Origin: Pseudomonadota bacterium
Lineage (GTDB): Bacteria; Bdellovibrionota; Bdellovibrionia; Bdellovibrionales; SG-bin7
Assembly: GCA_034439715.1 (NCBI GenBank)
Contig: JAWXAY010000073.1
Span: 1 to 39,854, forward strand
DNA length: 39,854 nt
Direction of reading: 5' to 3'
Under the pieces are notes generated by a model, which worked only from the letters and a program-made list of their open reading frames with translations, did no database searches and was not told the DNA's origin. Both the position numbers and the translations under genes were made by a program. This document shows positions 37,145 to 39,854 of the stretch, in pieces. The stretch's first letter is position 1. Each line of letters starts with the position of its first letter.

Positions 37145-38064
37145 TAATTTTGCCCTTTAAAAACATCCATGACACCTTGTAGAAGCGAGATGGCTTCTTT
37201 CTTGGGTCGCTGAAAAGCGTTTCTTCCCATAATGCTGCCAAAGCCACCGCCACCCGCCAAGCCTTTGACCTCAGCCAATACTTCTTCAGTAGACTTGGCT
37301 TCGCCGCCACTAAAAATCACGATACGTCGCCCGTTAAATGATGACTGAACCACATGGCGAGTGCGATCTTCTAGCGAAGCCACTCTAATTTTTTGGGCTT
37401 CATAAACTTTCTTAGCGTCTTCTTGCTCAATGTGGCTTGAGGGAGCCTTTACTTTTACAATGTGAGCACCTAATTGGCAGGCGATTTGCGCCGAGTAAGC
37501 AATGACATCTATCGCTGTCTCTCCCACTTTCGAAATATTTTCTCCTCGGGCGTAGGCCCAAATAACCACGACTAGACCCGCTTTTTTGGCTTGGCCTGCA
37601 GCTTTCGCAATTTCTTCATACATTTCTTTTCGCCGAGGACTACCAGGATAAATTGTAAAGCCAATAGCTCCACAGCCCAAACGTAACGCATCCTCTACTC
37701 CTGAAGTAAGCGCCGAAATATTAGCTTTTTCTTTATAAAGTGAGTCGGAGTTATTCATTTTTAAAATTAAGGGAATCTCTCCGGCATAATCACGAGCGCA
37801 AGCCTCGAGCGAACCAAGGGGTGCTGCATAGGCACTGCAGCCTGATTCTATGGCTAAATTAATGTGGTATGTGGGATCATAGCCATCGGGGTTGATAGCA
37901 AAACTTCGGGCGGGACCATGTTCAAAACCTTGGTCGACTGGCAAAATAACTAGCTTACCTGTGCCTTTTAGCCTGCCGTGATTCAGTAATCGCGATAAAT
38001 TTGATAAAGTTCCCGGGTTATCTGATCCATACCAACTCAAAATTTCCCTTACCCTTGGTGTCAT
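37144..38064 (-). CDS. fbaB: Class I fructose-bisphosphate aldolase (DhnA/FbaB family)
   Basis: ILPVDQGFEHGP, FTIYPGS, W.Y.RG, GAHIVKVK, FSGG, GRNAFQR. Confidence 0.93.
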   Translation of the reverse strand: MTPRVREILSWYGSDNPGTLSNLSRLLNHGRLKGTGKLVILPVDQGFEHGPARSFAINPDGYDPTYHINLAIESGCSAYAAPLGSLEACARDYAGEIPLILKMNNSDSLYKEKANISALTSGVEDALRLGCGAIGFTIYPGSPRRKEMYEEIAKAAGQAKKAGLVVVIWAYARGENISKVGETAIDVIAYSAQIACQLGAHIVKVKAPSSHIEQEDAKKVYEAQKIRVASLEDRTRHVVQSSFNGRRIVIFSGGEAKSTEEVLAEVKGLAGGGGFGSIMGRNAFQRPKKEAISLLQGVMDVFKGQN

Positions 38065-38211
38065 GACATCTCCTTATTATGCAATTGTTGTAGAAATATT
38101 CGTAAAGACTTAAAAAATCAAGGAATTGGGAAGTTCATTGGCACTCGCGCCTTGCGTTAGCACAACAACTAGCTACTCAACACAAACAAGATTGCATAAC
38201 ATTGAACAATC

Positions 38212-38640
38212 ATGTCAGAAGAATTTAGCAAGCATAAAATTTTGGTGGTCGATGACGAGATCCTACTTGTTGAATTGCTCGCGATGCAGTTAGAGGGATT
38301 AGGCTGCCCTATCGTCACTGCAAATAATGGCGAAGAAGCACTCGAAAAATTGGAATCAAATGTTGATGTTTCTTTAATTATATCTGACGTCAAAATGCCC
38401 ATCATGGATGGAATTACATTTTTAAAAAGAATTCGCGAGCGAGGCTCAGTTGTTCCGGTCATGTTTTTTTCGGCCTATGGTGATAGGGCCACACTTAAAC
38501 AAGCCTGGAAGGAAGGTGCCTTCGACTTTCTAGAAAAACCCATTAACGAAGAAGACCTTGTCCGAAAAGTAAAACTCGCCCTATTATTTGGCAAAGAGTT
38601 TCATCTCACTGGGCATCTGGACAAAGGTGAAAAAAAATAG
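38212..38640 (+). CDS. Response regulator receiver (possibly extended by -1 frameshift)
   Basis: ILVVDDE, ISDVKMP, FSAY, FLEKPI; ends GAA AAA AAA TAG. Confidence 0.9.
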   Translation: MSEEFSKHKILVVDDEILLVELLAMQLEGLGCPIVTANNGEEALEKLESNVDVSLIISDVKMPIMDGITFLKRIRERGSVVPVMFFSAYGDRATLKQAWKEGAFDFLEKPINEEDLVRKVKLALLFGKEFHLTGHLDKGEKK

Positions 38641-38762
38641 CCACCTTTATGGTCAATGGATCCATTGTTGAAAAATTTAATCATTATTGTCGAACAAAAA
38701 ATATCGATACCAATCAAGTTGTTGAAAATCTTATAATGCGATATTTAGCTTCGGGAAACTAA
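38637..38762 (+). CDS. Ribbon-helix-helix-like domain in the -1 frame directly after the receiver
   Basis: IATFMVNGSIVEKFNHYCRTKNIDTNQVVENLIMRYLASGN*; alternating beta strand followed by two amphipathic helices; no RBS of its own. Confidence 0.55.
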   Translation: MATFMVNGSIVEKFNHYCRTKNIDTNQVVENLIMRYLASGN

Positions 38763-38763
38763 T

Positions 38764-39330
38764 CTATACTGGAAAAACTTTTTGGGTGGCAAAATCAAGC
38801 TCATCCATTTCTCGCGAAAATGATTGCATAAGAATCTTTGCAAAAGATATTGGCTCAATCTTAAGATCACCCAATGAAAGCGTCTCTACAGGCGTGCCCT
38901 CATTTGAGATATTAATCGCAAAGTGAATAAGACTTGAGATTTGGCTTACAGTCGCAATACTGATACTCAACTTTTTCTTGCTCAGCCATATGTCATCGCC
39001 CGCGCGGGTAAGAGCAAAAGCGATACTCTTATCAGTACATAGTTCTCTTAATCTTTCCAACGCTTGACCTGCCAGTAATCTTTGAGCGGCCACAGCAAAC
39101 GAAAGATTTGCCGGAAATTTTTCAACTATAAAATGTAGCATTTTATCTGAGGAGATTTTAGCAAGCTCACGTCTGTCTTCGCCATCAACCATATTGTGTA
39201 GGGGAACATTACAGGGCCCTTGCCAAGCCACTATGCTATCGCCGCTAGGCCCAGCATTCATATAGGAAAAAAGCGGTTTTAATTGCGAGCCATCATAGGT
39301 GATTTCTTTTTCCAACCAAAAGTATTTCAT
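38764..39330 (-). CDS. DUF366 family protein
   Basis: YDGSQL, GDSIVAW.GPC.V...MVD.ED, MLHFIVE, QRLL, R.GDD, KLSISIAT, IHFAIN. Confidence 0.85.
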   Translation of the reverse strand: MKYFWLEKEITYDGSQLKPLFSYMNAGPSGDSIVAWQGPCNVPLHNMVDGEDRRELAKISSDKMLHFIVEKFPANLSFAVAAQRLLAGQALERLRELCTDKSIAFALTRAGDDIWLSKKKLSISIATVSQISSLIHFAINISNEGTPVETLSLGDLKIEPISFAKILMQSFSREMDELDFATQKVFPV

Positions 39331-39337
39331 AAATCTT

Positions 39338-39853
39338 TCAAATTTCTAAATCGCGCAGCGGACGAAACTTGAGGGCGTCATCAAGGGCTCGTTGAAAGCG
39401 CAGGCAGCTTTCACATTGGCCGCATTTTTCACTGGCTGAGTCGTAGCAAGGCCACATTAAATTAAAGGGGGCGTTAAGCTCCGTGCCTCTATGCACTATT
39501 TCGGTCTTATTTTTTTTTGTCGTATAGCTTTTAACTTTTATTTGAGTGGCCGTCGAATAAGTAAGTGACTGGTCAAGTGAAGTTAAAAATTCCTGAGTGT
39601 TATCAGGAAATGTCGTCCCCTCTTCGGCATTAAAACCCACGATCACACAACTCGCGCCCAGTCCTTCGGCAAATCCAGCCGCAACATTGATAAAAATGCC
39701 ATTTCGATTTGGAACCCAAACTAGCTTGGCCGTTTTCATCGACGTTTTGTAATCACTGATATTGCAGTCTACTCCGAGTGGAACCTCGACTTCGCGATTG
39801 ACCAATGAAGTTTTTGTAAATTCCTTAAAAAAAGGCAACTCAACTACCCGGTG
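39338..39853 (-). CDS. queC: 7-cyano-7-deazaguanine synthase (5' end beyond the window)
   Basis: VWVPNRNG, FPDN, KTEIV, Zn-binding CY..CGQCESC; frame open to the window edge. Confidence 0.9.
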   Translation of the reverse strand, partial: HRVVELPFFKEFTKTSLVNREVEVPLGVDCNISDYKTSMKTAKLVWVPNRNGIFINVAAGFAEGLGASCVIVGFNAEEGTTFPDNTQEFLTSLDQSLTYSTATQIKVKSYTTKKNKTEIVHRGTELNAPFNLMWPCYDSASEKCGQCESCLRFQRALDDALKFRPLRDLEI

Positions 39854-39854
39854 A

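Noticed and set aside
38139..38155. TGGCAC...TTGC upstream of the receiver gene, resembling a sigma54 promoter
   Set aside because: GG to GC spacing is 12 nt, not the required 10
39338..39853. queC as part of an anti-phage system (QatABCD, type IV CBASS, Dpd)
   Set aside because: No NTPase, TatD, cyclase or dpd genes are visible; the protein looks like a normal-sized metabolic QueC. Upstream context is outside the window
1..39854. CRISPR arrays, IS elements, prophage genes, rRNA
   Set aside because: No regularly spaced repeats, transposase, integrase or phage motifs, or rRNA-like sequence seen

Overview
Chromosomal window of an AT-rich Gram-negative bacterium. Gene content and order suggest Bdellovibrionota; this is an inference from DUF3015, the PEGA-TPR protein, the REC-DnaJ-TPR protein, ppiD divergent from mreC-mreD-mrdA-rodA, and many secreted hypotheticals. 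The left half (1-18.8 kb) is signalling and secreted/accessory genes: GDPD, receiver, DUF3047, FHA-trypsin protease, acyl-CoA desaturase, LysR, HAMP-PP2C, tRNA-Leu(GAG), Hpt and lipoproteins. The right half is mostly housekeeping: a CADD-folB-folKP-folC folate operon, ppiD, mreCD-mrdA-rodA, trxA, lptF, an fbaB-lysS-rhodanese-nupC operon, and DUF366 with a partial queC. No integrase, transposase or CRISPR array was seen. The most notable observations are: (1) a receiver gene whose stop directly follows an A8 run, with a ribbon-helix-helix-like domain hidden in the -1 frame; (2) a Chlamydia-type self-sacrificing pABA synthase (CADD) heading a folate operon; (3) DUF366 coupled to queC; (4) a chimeric junction near 10,705 that truncates two convergent genes; (5) five sigma28-like promoters sitting 5-9 nt from start codons; (6) paired sigma54-like promoters with a shared inverted upstream motif; (7) unannotated small ORFs and a gene remnant. 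All family calls come from motif recognition by eye, not from database searches.
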